From Candidatus Rokuibacteriota bacterium (GTDB lineage Bacteria > Methylomirabilota > Methylomirabilia > Rokubacteriales > CSP1-6), in the NCBI GenBank assembly GCA_003220675.1, contig QHTD01000155.1, positions 8,782 through 72,781 of the forward strand: a stretch of 64,000 nt of DNA, in the 5' to 3' direction. Positions 26,776 through 34,774 of the stretch are shown here, piece after piece (within the stretch, counting starts at the first letter, position 1; every line of letters starts with the position of its first letter). The notes under the pieces were generated by a model. That model was given only the letters and a program-made list of their open reading frames with translations, was not told where the DNA came from and searched no databases. The position numbers and the translations under genes were made by a program.

Positions 26776-28706
26776 GAGGGCTCGTCACCGTGCTGTCCGC
26801 CGTTCTCGCGACGGGCTGCGCCGTGACACCGCCGGGCCCGCTGCCGGCGCCAGGCGCCACGACTCCCGAGCCGATCGAGCTGCGCCACTTCTTCGCCAGC
26901 CGCGAGGCCAACTGGGGCTACCGGATATCGCCGGACGGAACGCGTCTCGGTTGGATCGCGTCCCACGGGGGTCGCAGCACCGTTCACTTTCGCACGCTGG
27001 GGCTGGATGACACCCGCCCCATCGACACGCACTCGCGGCGCACGATCGATTCGTTCACGTGGGCGCGCGACAGCCGCCGGATCCTGTACCTCCAGGACCA
27101 GGACGGCGACGAGCAGTATCACGTCTACCTGGCGTCGATCGATCGTCCGGACGATCCTCCCGCCGACCTCACCCCGTCGCCCGGCAGCCTCGCCTGGATC
27201 GCCCGTGTCATCCGCTCCGATCCGGACCACATCATCGTCGTCTGGAACAAGCGGGATCGGGCCGTGTTCGACCTGTACGAGGTGAACCTCAACACGCGCG
27301 AGCACACACTGATCGCCGAGAACCCCGGCGACGTCACGGACTGGCTGACGGACCAGAAGGGTCATCCACGCGCGCGGATTCGCCACGTCGGTCCCAGCGA
27401 GCGCCGCCTGGAGGTTCTCCGTGACGGTCGCTGGGTCGAGCTGCAGCGCTTCGACCTCGAAGAGTTCAACGTCCGGATGCTCGGCATCACCCCAGACGAT
27501 CGTGCGCTCTTGCTCCTCTCGAGCCGAGGGCGCGACCGGCTCTCGCTCGTGCGTGTCGACATCGCGACGCGAGCCGAATCGTCCGTATATGAGGACCCGG
27601 AGCTCGATCTCGATCAGGCGATCGTGAGCGAGCGGACGCAGGAGCCACTCGCCGCGATCACCTACCCCGGCCGGCAGGTGATTCACTTCCTCGACCGGAC
27701 ACTCGAAGCGGACCTCGGGCTCCTTCGGCAGGAGACGCCGACCGGTCTTCGCATCCTGAGCTTCGACGACGGCGAGCGCCTCGTGACCGTCGAGGTGTTC
27801 ACGGAGAAGGGCCGCGAGAGCTACCTCGTCGATCGGCGCACGAAGGAGAAACGCCTCCTCGGTCGTTCGCAGATGGTGCAGTTCGCCGACTCGCTGGCAC
27901 CCACGGAGCCGATCGCCCTCAGCGTCCGGGACGGCCTCCGCCTCCACGGCTACCTCACACGTCCTCCAGGCTTCGGCGCTCCAGGACCGGTGGTGCTCCT
28001 CGTTCACGGCGGGCACTGGTTCCGCGACTACTGGGGCTACAGTTCTGTCGTCCAATTCCTCGCCAACCGAGGCTACGCGGTGCTCCAGGTGAACTACCGC
28101 GGCTCGACCGGCTACGGGCGCGCCTTCCGTGAGCTGGCCGTCGGCGAGTACGCCGGCAAGATGCACGATGACCTGATCGACGCCGTGCGGTGGGCGGTCG
28201 CGAGCGGCATCGCCGATCCGGCGCGCGTGGCGATCTACGGCGGCAGCTACGGCGGCTACGCCGCGCTCGTGGGCATGACCTTTACGCCCGACGTCTTCGC
28301 GTGCGCCGTCGACATCGTCGGGATCTCGAACCTCGTCTCCTTCTACGAAACGGTTCCACCCTACTGGAAGGTGGGAGTGATGCCGCTCTTTCACAAGTAC
28401 GTCGGTGACCCGAGCCGTCCGGAGGATCGCCGGCGCATGGAGGCGAAGTCTCCGCTCTTCAGGGTCGATCAGGTCAAGCGCCCCCTGCTCATCATCCACG
28501 GCGCGAAGGACACCCGCGTCAACGTCCGCGAGTCCGAGCAGATGGTCGCCGCGCTCCGGGAGGCCGGGAAGGACGTGCGCTACGTCGTCTTCCCCGACGA
28601 AGGGCACCGACGCGATTACGGCAACTGGCGGAACGCGCTCCGGCATTACTCGGAAGTGGAGAACTTCCTCGCAGGTTGCCTCGGTGGGCGCAAGTCGGGG
28701 TCATGA
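26772..28706 (+). CDS. S9 family (prolyl oligopeptidase-type) serine peptidase, probable lipoprotein
   Basis: GTG 26772 overlaps the preceding stop. Lipobox LATGC. Beta-propeller region, then GGSYGGYAAL (nucleophile elbow), HGAKDTRV, PDEGH. Confidence 0.85.
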   Translation: MRGLVTVLSAVLATGCAVTPPGPLPAPGATTPEPIELRHFFASREANWGYRISPDGTRLGWIASHGGRSTVHFRTLGLDDTRPIDTHSRRTIDSFTWARDSRRILYLQDQDGDEQYHVYLASIDRPDDPPADLTPSPGSLAWIARVIRSDPDHIIVVWNKRDRAVFDLYEVNLNTREHTLIAENPGDVTDWLTDQKGHPRARIRHVGPSERRLEVLRDGRWVELQRFDLEEFNVRMLGITPDDRALLLLSSRGRDRLSLVRVDIATRAESSVYEDPELDLDQAIVSERTQEPLAAITYPGRQVIHFLDRTLEADLGLLRQETPTGLRILSFDDGERLVTVEVFTEKGRESYLVDRRTKEKRLLGRSQMVQFADSLAPTEPIALSVRDGLRLHGYLTRPPGFGAPGPVVLLVHGGHWFRDYWGYSSVVQFLANRGYAVLQVNYRGSTGYGRAFRELAVGEYAGKMHDDLIDAVRWAVASGIADPARVAIYGGSYGGYAALVGMTFTPDVFACAVDIVGISNLVSFYETVPPYWKVGVMPLFHKYVGDPSRPEDRRRMEAKSPLFRVDQVKRPLLIIHGAKDTRVNVRESEQMVAALREAGKDVRYVVFPDEGHRRDYGNWRNALRHYSEVENFLAGCLGGRKSGS

Positions 28707-29704
28707 AGACAGTCGCGATCGCGCCGACGTTCGAAGGCTGGCAGTCGGCGGCACGCGCCCTTCTACGCGAGGGCGTCGCTCCGGCGGAGGTGCGCTGGCG
28801 CGAGATCGCAGGCGGCGAAGCACCAACGCCCGCGGCTCTCGGTGCGGCCACGCCTGGCGCGGCGCGCGTACCGCGCGCGTTCCTGGACCTGGCGCGCCAG
28901 GTCGCCGGCGCCCACGACCCCGCGCGCTGGCCGGTGCTGTACGAAGTGCTCTGGCGGCTCGTCCACGACGACCGCGATCTCCTGAAGGCGACGCGCGATC
29001 CAACGGTGCGACGGCTGACCGCGCTCGCAGCCCAGGCGCGGCGCGAGGCCGAGCGCGCGCAGCAGGTGGAAGCGCTGCAGCTCGAGCAACAGGGCGCGGG
29101 CGCCGCGTCGTTCGTTCCCATTGGCGCCGGGCTCGCCGAGCTGCGCGCGGCGGCGGCCCGCTGCACGGGCTGCGACCTCTATCGTCACGCGACCCAGACG
29201 GTCTTCGGGCGCGGCCCCGCCGATGCCCGCATCGTCCTCGTCGGCGAGCAACCCGGCGATCAGGAGGATCTGAAGGGCGCGCCGTTCGTTGGCCCGGCGG
29301 GCGAGGTGCTCGACCGCGCGCTGGTCGAGGTGGGCCTGGACCGGGAGCGGCTCTACGTCACGAACGCGGTCAAGCACTTCAAGTTCATCGAGCGCGGCAA
29401 GCGCCGCATCCACCAGACGCCGCGCCTGAGCGAGCTGGCGGCCTGCCGCCCCTGGATGGAGGCCGAGATCGCGGCGATCAAGCCCGAGGTGCTCGTCTGC
29501 CTCGGCGCGACGGCGGCGCGCGCGATCGTCGCCGCCGATTTCCGCCTGCTCAGGGACCGCGGCCGGTTCTTTCCCACGCGCTGGACGGAGAAGACGATCG
29601 CCACGCTCCATCCCTCCGCCGTGCTGCGCGGCGAGGACGAGACGCAGCAGACGCGCCTCTACCGGATGCTGGTCGAGGACCTCCGGCTCGTCGCGGGGGC
29701 CTAG
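28703..29704 (+). CDS. udgX: UdgX family uracil-DNA binding protein (family-4-like UDG) with short N-terminal DUF4130-like region
   Basis: The ATG overlaps the peptidase stop (ATGA). VGEQPGDQEDLKGAPFVGPAG, NAVKHFKFIERGKRRIHQTP (KRRIH loop), LHPSAVLR. Cys ligands CTGC, ACRPW, VCLG. Confidence 0.8.
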   Translation: MKTVAIAPTFEGWQSAARALLREGVAPAEVRWREIAGGEAPTPAALGAATPGAARVPRAFLDLARQVAGAHDPARWPVLYEVLWRLVHDDRDLLKATRDPTVRRLTALAAQARREAERAQQVEALQLEQQGAGAASFVPIGAGLAELRAAAARCTGCDLYRHATQTVFGRGPADARIVLVGEQPGDQEDLKGAPFVGPAGEVLDRALVEVGLDRERLYVTNAVKHFKFIERGKRRIHQTPRLSELAACRPWMEAEIAAIKPEVLVCLGATAARAIVAADFRLLRDRGRFFPTRWTEKTIATLHPSAVLRGEDETQQTRLYRMLVEDLRLVAGA

Positions 29705-29713
29705 CCGAGATTT

Positions 29714-29901
29714 TTCATGAGCGACCAGCGCGCGACGGCGGGTCCTGTCATCGGGGGCGCCCCCGGCCAGCCAGGCTCCGTCACCCGCTCGCCCGAACGC
29801 AGTTCTTCGAACTGCAGACGGGACGAGGGGGTCCCACTCCGCCTGATCGGCCGGAGGCGACCCCGACGCCACCCGCCGATCTCGCGCTCGTCGCTCATGA
29901 A
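29714..29901. repeat. 188-bp imperfect palindrome (terminal 19-bp arms 18/19, exactly centred 7-bp hairpin)
   Basis: ttcatgagcgaccagcgcg (29714-29732) pairs with the reverse complement of 29883-29901. The central gcagttc-ttc-gaactgc is at 29799-29815. The interior halves show patchy complementarity. Confidence 0.6.
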
Positions 29902-29948
29902 TAGTCCCGACTAGCGTCCCGGCGGATGCGCCACGAGAGGAGAGACCG

Positions 29949-30404
29949 ATGATTGTCGACCGTTCGTATGTCGCCGAGAACGATGGTCAGCGCGAGCGGC
30001 TGCGCGCTCTTGTCGCCCGGCTGAGCGACGGGGAGCTTGGCCGCCTACTCGGCGCTGGCTGGACGATCGCCTCCGTCCTGGGCCACCTGGCGTTCTGGGA
30101 CCAGCGCATCCTGGTTCTGCTCGAGCGCTGGCAGCGCGAGGGGCCGGCGGCCGTGCCGCCCGCGCTCGATCACGCGGCCGTCGATTGGATCAACGACGCC
30201 GCCAAACCGCTGCTCCTCGCGTTGCCCGCGCGGCGAGCGGCCGACGCGGCGGTGGCCATTGCCGAGGCGGTCGATCGCAAGGTCAGGACGCTGCCGGATG
30301 AGTTCGTCACTCGAAACGCTGCGGCCGGCAACCCGGTCAACCTGCTGCGTGCCCAGCATCGCCGAGAGCACCTCGACGAGATCGAGCGAGCGCTCCGGGG
30401 CTGA
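29949..30404 (+). CDS. DinB-family (four-helix-bundle, YfiT-like) protein
   Basis: WTIASVLGHLAFWD, AQHRREHLDEIE. RBS GAGAGGAGAG upstream. Confidence 0.7.
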   Translation: MIVDRSYVAENDGQRERLRALVARLSDGELGRLLGAGWTIASVLGHLAFWDQRILVLLERWQREGPAAVPPALDHAAVDWINDAAKPLLLALPARRAADAAVAIAEAVDRKVRTLPDEFVTRNAAAGNPVNLLRAQHRREHLDEIERALRG

Positions 30405-30457
30405 CGCCGCCGACGACGCCTGAGGCTGTCTCGCGGAAGGCTCCGAAGCTCGCGGCG

Positions 30458-31207
30458 CTACGGAGACGGCTGCGCGACGCAGATCGCGGTCACAACCACG
30501 TCATTCGGGCTTGCCTGCGGGTTGAAGACACCGCCGCGCCACCCGGCCCGCGCCCCCACCGTCTCGGGACCGTTATCGGTGACGTTCATCCCACCCTCGG
30601 TAAAGACGCCGCCGCTCATGGGAAATTTCCCCGCCGGGCACGGAGCGAAGACGCTCTTGCGGGAGAACGGAAGCACGGAGTCCCTCACGGACTCAACCGT
30701 CAGCCCCGACAGGCCGCTCGGCCCTTGTGGACCGGGCGGCCCCTGCGGGCCGGCAAGACCCGCTGGCCCCGGCTGTCCTGCGCCCTCTATGCCTTGGGGA
30801 CCCTGTGGGCCTGGGGGGCCAGGTGGCCCCGGAAACCCCGGGAGCCCTGGAGCCCCGACGGCGCCGAGCGTCACCTGGAAGGGCAGCGAATAGACCTGCA
30901 CCGGGACCGGCACCGGCTCGGAACGAATCACGAGCAGCCAGTACGAGCCGCGAGCGATCCCCGGCGGCAGCATCGCCACGATGGCGGTGTCGCTGAACGT
31001 CGTGACGACCAGCGAGACATCCGCCAGCTTGACGGTGGGCGTTGTGGTGCCGAAGCTCGTGCCGGTGATGTGAAGGGATTGCAGCGCATCGTCCGCCGCC
31101 GCTTGCGTGATGACAGGCGGCACCAGGACGAGCTGAGCTGACACGCGAGCGGGTGCCGCAACCAGCGCGAGTAGTGCGAGCACGACGACGAGCGCAGGGC
31201 ATGTCAT
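30458..31207 (-). CDS. secreted collagen-like (Gly-X-Y repeat) protein with IPT/TIG-like N-domain
   Basis: ATG 31207 with RBS GAAGGAGGG. Signal peptide [75 protein letters not shown] (about 17 triplets), followed by a globular C-terminal domain. Confidence 0.8.
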   Translation of the reverse strand: MTCPALVVVLALLALVAAPARVSAQLVLVPPVITQAAADDALQSLHITGTSFGTTTPTVKLADVSLVVTTFSDTAIVAMLPPGIARGSYWLLVIRSEPVPVPVQVYSLPFQVTLGAVGAPGLPGFPGPPGPPGPQGPQGIEGAGQPGPAGLAGPQGPPGPQGPSGLSGLTVESVRDSVLPFSRKSVFAPCPAGKFPMSGGVFTEGGMNVTDNGPETVGARAGWRGGVFNPQASPNDVVVTAICVAQPSP

Positions 31208-31390
31208 GCGACGCCCTCCTTCCCCAACGAACGGTGTGCGCGTCGACGCCAAACGCTGCCACGTCGGCACGTCGAGGGGGAGCGCACGGCGCGATGACGG
31301 GACGCGGCGACAGCGTCGTGTCCCACGGTGTGCTCCGACTCGCCGCCCCGGTGGGGATGGTCGGTCCGCACCCGAGGCGTTCGTCTCACC

Positions 31391-32812
31391 CTAACCGCCA
31401 AGCGCCCGCGCCGTTTCCTGGATCTTCGTCCACGCCGCCTCGACGTGGCGGTGCCCGGTCGTGGTTTGACCGATCGCGAGGCGGATCGCGTAGGCGCCGT
31501 GCACGCGGTTCTGCGTCAGATAGAGCTCACCGCTGTCGTTCAGCGCCTCGAGCAACCGCTCGTTCAGCCGGTCGAGCTGGCTCGGATCCTCCACGCCGCG
31601 CGGGTGGTAGCGAAAGTTCACGAGCGCGAGGCTCCGCGGCGCCATCAGCTCGAAGTCGGGCGCCGCCTGGATCCACTCGGCGGCCTCGCGCGCGAGCGCG
31701 ATGTGCGCGGCGACCATCCGCTGGAGCTCGGCCACCCCGTAGGCGCGGATCACGAACCAGAGCTTCAGCGCGCGGAAGCGGCGCCCGAGCTGGACACTCC
31801 AGTCGCGGTAGTCGATGACGTGGCCGCGCTCGCGCGTCTTGAGGAAGGCGGGCAGGATCTCGAGTGTCCGCACGAGAGCGTCCGGGTCGCGCACGTAGTG
31901 CGCGGAGCAGTCGAAGTTGGTGAAGAGCCACTTGTGAGGGTTGAACACGAAGCTGTCCACGTGCTCGATGCCGTCGAGCATCCCGCGGTGCTCGGGGAGG
32001 ATCAGCGCGCTCCCCGCCCACGCCGCGTCCACGTGGAGCCAGACGTTGTGGCGCCGGCACACCTCGCCGATCGGGCGCAGCGGATCCAGCGCGCCGACGC
32101 CCGTCGTCCCGAGGGAGGCCACGACACAGACCGGGGTGGCACCGGCCGCCAGGTCCTCGCGGATCGCGGCCTCGAGCGCGTCCGGTCGCATCGCGAACCG
32201 GGCGTCCACCGGGATCTTGCGGACGTTGGCGCGGCCGAGCCCCGCGATCTTGGCGCCCTTCTCCGTCGCCGAGTGGGTCTCCGTCGAGCAGTAGACGCGG
32301 AGTGGCCCGACGGCGCCGACGCCCTCCTCGTTCGCGCGCCAGCCGGTCGCGCGCTCGCGCGCGGTGAGGAGCGCGCAGAGGATCGCGCTCGAGGCGGAGT
32401 CCTGGATGACGCCCGTGAAGCCCTCGGGCAGGCCGGTCATCTGGCGAAGCCAGTCGAGGACGCGCGTCTCCAGCTCGGTCGCGGCGGGCGAGGTCTGCCA
32501 GAGCATGCACTGGGCGCCGAGCGTCGCGGTGAGCATCTCGGCGAGGACCGACGGCGGGCTCGAGTTCGCCGGGAAGTAGGCGAAGAAGCTCGGGTGCTGC
32601 CAGTGCGTGATCCCCGGCAGCACGACCGAGGTGAAGTCGGCGAAGATCGTCTCCATCGGCTCGCCGCGCTCGGGCGGCGTGAGCGGGAGCTTCGCGGCGA
32701 CCTCTCCGGGCTTGACCTGGGCGCGCACGGGATAGCGCTCGACCTCGGCCAGGTAGTCGGCCATCCAGTCGACGAACGCGTGGGCGTGGCGGCGGAAGTC
32801 CTTGGTGTCCAT
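31391..32812 (-). CDS. pyridoxal-dependent aromatic-L-amino-acid/tyrosine decarboxylase (group II)
   Basis: HWQHPSFFAYFPANSS, LHVDAAWAGSALILPE, SFVFNPHKWLFTNFDCS (PLP-Lys). Confidence 0.9.
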   Translation of the reverse strand: MDTKDFRRHAHAFVDWMADYLAEVERYPVRAQVKPGEVAAKLPLTPPERGEPMETIFADFTSVVLPGITHWQHPSFFAYFPANSSPPSVLAEMLTATLGAQCMLWQTSPAATELETRVLDWLRQMTGLPEGFTGVIQDSASSAILCALLTARERATGWRANEEGVGAVGPLRVYCSTETHSATEKGAKIAGLGRANVRKIPVDARFAMRPDALEAAIREDLAAGATPVCVVASLGTTGVGALDPLRPIGEVCRRHNVWLHVDAAWAGSALILPEHRGMLDGIEHVDSFVFNPHKWLFTNFDCSAHYVRDPDALVRTLEILPAFLKTRERGHVIDYRDWSVQLGRRFRALKLWFVIRAYGVAELQRMVAAHIALAREAAEWIQAAPDFELMAPRSLALVNFRYHPRGVEDPSQLDRLNERLLEALNDSGELYLTQNRVHGAYAIRLAIGQTTTGHRHVEAAWTKIQETARALGG

Positions 32813-32915
32813 GACGGACAGCTTACCAGGCCCGTCGGGGCTCTCGAGTCACTGGCGCTCGGATGCGGCATCAGAACGGTGAGCAACGTGCGCGGCAAAC
32901 ACGCGGCACGATTGC

Positions 32916-32945
32916 TTGACAAGCGGAGCAGCGCAGTGCTATCTC
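32916..32945 (+). promoter_or_regulatory. candidate promoter TTGACA-N18-TATCTC, 7 nt upstream of GTG 32953
   Basis: TTGACA 32916-32921 and TATCTC 32940-32945, with no SD. Confidence 0.45.
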
Positions 32946-32952
32946 GTCGCCA

Positions 32953-33252
32953 GTGACGCTCCAGCGTTCGCTCGTTCTCCTACTCATGGGCGCGATGGTG
33001 CTGCTCGCGCCCCTCGCCTATGCCAGTCCGCCCGATCCCGGCTGGATCGCCGGCTTCTGGGACAACGGCGACTACGACGACGTCGTTCTGCTGGCGACGT
33101 CCAGCGTCGGCACCACGGACGCTCACCTGCCTTGGCACACGATGTCCGCCGCAGTCGTCATCGCTTCCGTGTCCGCGCCAGACGAGAGCCTGCTGTCCGC
33201 TTGCCCGCTCTCGTCGTGGCACACGCGCGCCCCTCCCGCCGCCTCCGCCTGA
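32953..33252 (+). CDS. small secreted hypothetical protein (PDPGW...DYDDVV motif)
   Basis: Signal peptide MTLQRSLVLLLMGAMVLLAPLAYA, then SPPDPGWIAGFWDNGDYDDVVLL. Confidence 0.5.
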   Translation: MTLQRSLVLLLMGAMVLLAPLAYASPPDPGWIAGFWDNGDYDDVVLLATSSVGTTDAHLPWHTMSAAVVIASVSAPDESLLSACPLSSWHTRAPPAASA

Positions 33253-33397
33253 CGTACCCGCTCCGCGTGCCTCGCGCCCGCTGCGTCTGCGCGTAGCGGA
33301 GCCGCGGGATCCATCGACTCGTCTTTGCTCGGGCAAGAGAATGCCGCGTGAAGACTCGTGGCTTCTCAGGTGGCGGTTCACGACAAGGAGGTTCTCC

Positions 33398-34723
33398 ATG
33401 CCGCGGAAGAACGCGCTCACGCTCTCTCTACTTCTCATCGTTGCTGTTCCCATCCTCCTGCTTCCCGCCGGATCGGTCAGCGCCGATGAGGACCAAAGAG
33501 GGGCGGTCAAGCTTCTTACAACCGTCCCCATCCCGACGTCACTGGTCCCCCTCCGAGCCTTTGATATCAGCTGGCTCGACCCGGACAGCCAGCTCTACTA
33601 TCTCGGCGATCGTTCCAATAAGAGCGTCGACGTCGTCGACGCTAGGACGAATATATTCTTGAGACACATCACTGGGGGGTTCAAGGGGGTCGTCTTTAAG
33701 GCTGGTCCCGGTGGAGTAGGTCAGGTGGCGGACAACGACAAATCCGGGCCCAATGGCGTCGTAGTGTCCGGACACTTCCTCTTCGTGACCGACGCCCCCA
33801 GCAGGGTGGTAACCATCGACCTCAGGACAGATCAAATTGTCCTCGGCGGCGACGTGTCCACAGGCGGAACGGATGGCAACCGTGCCGATGAACTCGCCTT
33901 CGACCCGCAGGATCGGCTCCTCCTTGTCGTGAATAACGCCGACGACCCGCCGTTTGCCAGCCTGATCAAGGTCAATGCGGACGGAGCTTTGACAGTAAAC
34001 CAAAACGAATGCAGTACATCGGTTCACCCGCCTTGCAGAATCACGTTCAAGAATTTTGGTCCTAACAAGGACAAAACTGCAACCAATGGCGCAGAACAAC
34101 CGGTGTGGGAGCCCAAGACCCGCAGGTTTTATATCTCGATACCGGAAGTGAACGGCGTGACCTCCGACGGAGCGGTCGCGAAAATCAATCCGCATACTGG
34201 CGCCGTAGAGGCGACGTTTCCTGTGGAGCTCTGCCAACCTGCGGGGCTCACCGTCGGTCCAAACCAGGATCTGCTCCTCGGATGCAGCGTAGTCTTCGAT
34301 ACTGCGGGGAATGCGTGGGATTCGAAGAATCCGAATTCCATCGCGGCGCCCACGCAAATAATCATGGACGCGAACACGGGCACAATCGATGCGAGCGTTG
34401 CCGGCGTTGGGGGATCCGACGAAGTCTGGTTCAACCCCGGCGACCGACGCTACTACACCGCCTCCCGAAACAACCCGACAGGCCCGGTGCTGGGCGTAAT
34501 CGACGCCGAAAGCCAAACCCTGATCCAGATTGTTCCGACGGTTAACACCGCGGGCAAGACAACTGACCCGCCGTTCCCCGCGGGGACCTCGCACTCGGTG
34601 GCTGTGGACCCGCGTAATAACCACGCATTGGTGCCCTTGCCGGCCAACAACGTCTTCCCCAACTGCTCAAACGGCTGCATCGCGGTGTTCGGGACGCCGA
34701 GGGGAGACCACGACGAGGATTGA
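33398..34723 (+). CDS. secreted beta-propeller repeat protein (YVTN/YncE-like)
   Basis: RBS AAGGAGG and a signal peptide. Repeated strand motifs (LYYLGDRSNKSVDVVD, LFVTDAPSRVVTIDL, LLLVVNNADD). Markedly lower GC than the flanks. Confidence 0.7.
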   Translation: MPRKNALTLSLLLIVAVPILLLPAGSVSADEDQRGAVKLLTTVPIPTSLVPLRAFDISWLDPDSQLYYLGDRSNKSVDVVDARTNIFLRHITGGFKGVVFKAGPGGVGQVADNDKSGPNGVVVSGHFLFVTDAPSRVVTIDLRTDQIVLGGDVSTGGTDGNRADELAFDPQDRLLLVVNNADDPPFASLIKVNADGALTVNQNECSTSVHPPCRITFKNFGPNKDKTATNGAEQPVWEPKTRRFYISIPEVNGVTSDGAVAKINPHTGAVEATFPVELCQPAGLTVGPNQDLLLGCSVVFDTAGNAWDSKNPNSIAAPTQIIMDANTGTIDASVAGVGGSDEVWFNPGDRRYYTASRNNPTGPVLGVIDAESQTLIQIVPTVNTAGKTTDPPFPAGTSHSVAVDPRNNHALVPLPANNVFPNCSNGCIAVFGTPRGDHDED

Positions 34724-34774
34724 GATCGTCGTCGGGCCTGCCACCTCGTCACAGCGAGGCGCGATTGACATCCG

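Noticed and set aside
30720-30880. Short-period DNA repetition that could be mistaken for a tandem repeat or CRISPR-like array.
   Set aside because: The periodicity is 9 bp or less and it translates as perfect Gly-X-Y collagen triplets inside a gene with an RBS and a signal peptide. There is no repeat-spacer structure.
33300-34760. Treating the lower-GC island as a bounded mobile element.
   Set aside because: I could find no integrase or transposase, no tRNA target, and no flanking direct or inverted repeats. Only the compositional anomaly is reported.
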